64,000 bases of DNA, taken from the NCBI RefSeq assembly GCF_009914755.1, contig NC_060933.1; one strand, 5' to 3'. How positions within the stretch are numbered: the first letter of the stretch is position 1; each line of letters begins with the position of its first letter. A program made the position numbers and the translations under genes. This DNA is from the human T2T-CHM13v2.0 reference genome, Homo sapiens. Positions 61,471 through 64,000 of this stretch are shown one piece after another. A model generated the notes under the pieces. It had not been told where the DNA came from. It worked only from the letters and a program-made list of their open reading frames with translations, and searched no databases.

Positions 61471-61489
61471 TATCCAGCAGAGGGCAGTG
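61471..61489 (+). promoter_or_regulatory. CTCF-like motif
   Basis: TATCCAGCAGAGGGCAGTG. Confidence 0.55.
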
Positions 61490-62454
61490 ATGCCTAAATA
61501 AACAGTTGGAGGCTTTTGCTGTCATTTTCATCAATCATCATCATCAAATTTGGGGAGGGATTAACTTAAAGGTTAAAGGTTTTTGCAATGGAAATAGGGT
61601 ATGCTGTGGAAACTTTATGTAACTCTGGTGTTAGAGGACCAGGAAACTCTTATAAACTGCCATACAACAAGCTTTCTTTTTAGTAGATGTATTTTTACAG
61701 ACATGATTTGAAATGTAGCCAATTCCAGGACTTACAAACCATGAAGCCATGTAGCGAAGAGCATTCTGTAATTTTTGAGGGGGTCAATTTTTGGAGGCAG
61801 CAATTAGTGGCTGATTTCCTTTTCATTCTGGCCTTCTTTCAACATTAAAATCAGAGACTTAGGAAGCTGGACATCATGTAGAAAGAGAGATCCTCTCATT
61901 TGCAAGCTAATACAGGGGAGGTTGGCTTATTTATTTGTTAATTCACTTGTTCATTCATTATCTCATTTATTCAAGGATTTCACAAACATATATTGTCTAC
62001 CATATAACAAATACTGTGGTGGCACAAAGGGACACAGAGACTCAGATGAATCACAGTGCTCACCTTTCATGAACAACTACTTGAGAACAGGAAAGAGTGG
62101 CAGAAGTAGATCCTTGTGATACTTAGGCTAAGTTGGTGTGCTGAGATATATGCCAAGCACTCTAGGAACTTGGTTCAAGAGGAGCTCACAGGTCTTCATC
62201 TGTTTACCGTTGAGGGTATTTTTGGAATCTAAGATAATTTTGGAGTTTTAGTAATTTGTTTTTATTTGACTCTGATTTTGGCACAAAAAAAATACCTCTA
62301 ATGAAACTTCATGCATTTCTCAGGTCCTAGTTCAATGGGGACATCCATCACATGCTTCTTGATGACTGCCTGAGAAAGAGGATGGAAAGGCCAATCCCTA
62401 GAGAAATAATCTAGGCACGTAGTTTGTAAACTGTGGCTTGGGAAACTCTAGGGC

Positions 62455-62810
62455 CGTGCTTCTCCAGTGTGGTCTGTATCACCTACATCAAATACTTTTG
62501 AGTACTTGTTAAAAATCCAAATTTCCTTCCTGGAGACCTACAGAATCAGAGTCTGGAGGGACTGGGGGCAGGGAGGGTAGGGACCTGCACTTCCACAAGT
62601 GTTCCAGGTAGTTCTTATGCATACTAAAGAGCTCCAGGGGCTCTACTCCTTGCCTTTGCCAGCTCACATAGACCCCTTCAACCAGATCACCTCTTCTTCT
62701 AAAGGGTAAGTTCCATGAGGTCTGGGCTTTTTGTCCATTGTGTTCACAGCTGTATCCCCAGTACTTTGAACAATGGTGCACAATAGATATTTGTTGACTG
62801 AATAAATTAA
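62455..62810 (+). mobile_element. MER5-like fragment followed by an L2 3' end
   Basis: GTGCTTCTCCAGTGTGG...CAGAATCAGA; TATTTGTTGACTGAATAAA. Confidence 0.6.
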
Positions 62811-63007
62811 GACAGTATATAAATTGAATTTCCACCTAAGAGTTCATTTTGACCAAGTTTTCTAATACTAAAAAAAAAAAAGTGCCTAGACCATAGTTTT
62901 GGATCATCTTCTTTCCTTAAAGAAGGGAAGCAAAGATAGCTGAAAGCCCTTAGGTTTTTGAGCCCCTCTTAGATAATTACATTGAGTATGGAACCTAGTT
63001 AGCCACA

Positions 63008-64000
63008 TTTTCTTTTTCTCTTTTTTTTAAAATTTATTTATTTATTATTATTATACTTTAAGTTTTAGGGCACATGTGCACATTGTGCAGGTTAGTTACA
63101 TATGTATATATGTGCCATGCTGGTGCGCTGCACCCACTAACTGGTCATCTAGCATTAGGTATATCTCCCAGTGCTATACCTCCCCCCTTCCCCCACCCCA
63201 CAACAGTCCCCAGAGTGTGATGTTCCCCTTCCTGTGTCCATGTGTTCTCATTGTTCAATTCCCACCTATGAGTGAGAATATGCGGTGTTTGGTTTTTTGT
63301 TCTTGCGATAGTTGACTGAGAATGATGATTTCCAATTTCATCCATGTCCCTACAAAGGACATGAACTCATCATGTTTTATGGCTGCATAGTATTCCATGG
63401 TGTATATGTGCCACATTTTCTTAATCTAGTCTATCATTGTTGGACATTTGGGTTGGTTCCAAGTCTTTGCTATTGTGAATAATGCCGCAATAAACATACG
63501 TGTGCATGTGTCTTTATAGCAGCATGATTTATAGTCCTTTGGGTATATACCCAGTAATGGGATGGCTGGGTCTAATGGTATTTCTAGTTCTAGATCCCTG
63601 AGGAATCGCCACACTGACTTCCACAAGGGTTGAACTAGTTTACAGTCTCACCAACAGTGTAAAAGTGTTCCTATTTCTCCACATCCTCTCCAGCACCTGT
63701 TGTTTCCTGACTTTTTAATGATTGCCATTCTAACTGGTGTGAGATGGTATCTCATTGTGGTTTTGATTTGCATTTCTCTGATGGCCAGCGATGGTGAGCA
63801 TTTTCTCATGTGTTTTTTGGCTGCATAAATGTCTTCTTTTGAGAAGTGTCTGTTCATGTCCTTCACCCACTTTTTGATGGGGTTGTTTGTTTTTTTCTTG
63901 TAAATTTGTTTGAGTTCATTGTAGATTCTGGATATTATAATGCCTTTTGTCAGATGAGTAGGTTGCGAAAATTTTCTCCCATTTTGTAGGTTGCCTGTTC
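63008..64000 (-). mobile_element. Young L1 (L1PA2/3-like) 3' end, continuing past the window; ORF2 disabled
   Basis: Poly(T) tail, 3'UTR, ORF2p C-terminus ([15 protein letters not shown]); stops at 63648-63650 and 63426-63428; 4-bp insertion at ~63938. Confidence 0.95.

Noticed and set aside
63420-63960. APOBEC3G hypermutation of the L1 (both stops are GG>AG)
   Set aside because: Only two events among many other substitution types; not distinguishable from background

Overview
Primate (human or great-ape) genomic DNA, not prokaryotic. The first ~7.6 kb holds the last two exons of OSTF1 (osteoclast-stimulating factor 1) on the + strand: 1237-1335 and 7097-7155, which splice to ...[52 protein letters not shown], followed by a 3'UTR with tandem AATAAA signals. 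The remaining ~56 kb is repeat-dense intergenic DNA: ~24 Alus plus a monomer, ~20 solo LTRs or LTR fragments (LTR3/HML-6, LTR10, MER41A, LTR8, MER34, MER39, MER4, THE1, MST, MLT1), a near-full-length old L1, the 3' end of a young L1PA, L2/MIR/CR1 relics, DNA-transposon relics, and Y3 and U6 retropseudogenes. Essentially all ORFs in the supplied track are repeat-derived or chance, and the real exons are not in it. I cannot support a previously undescribed biological system here. The best second-look items are two apparently non-canonical captures of internal L1 fragments, a near-perfect 113-bp tandem duplication, several local template-switch scars, and a set of same-orientation CTCF motifs with a GC-rich unique island. 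Repeat subfamily names are from recall of consensus sequences, and boundaries of old repeats are approximate.
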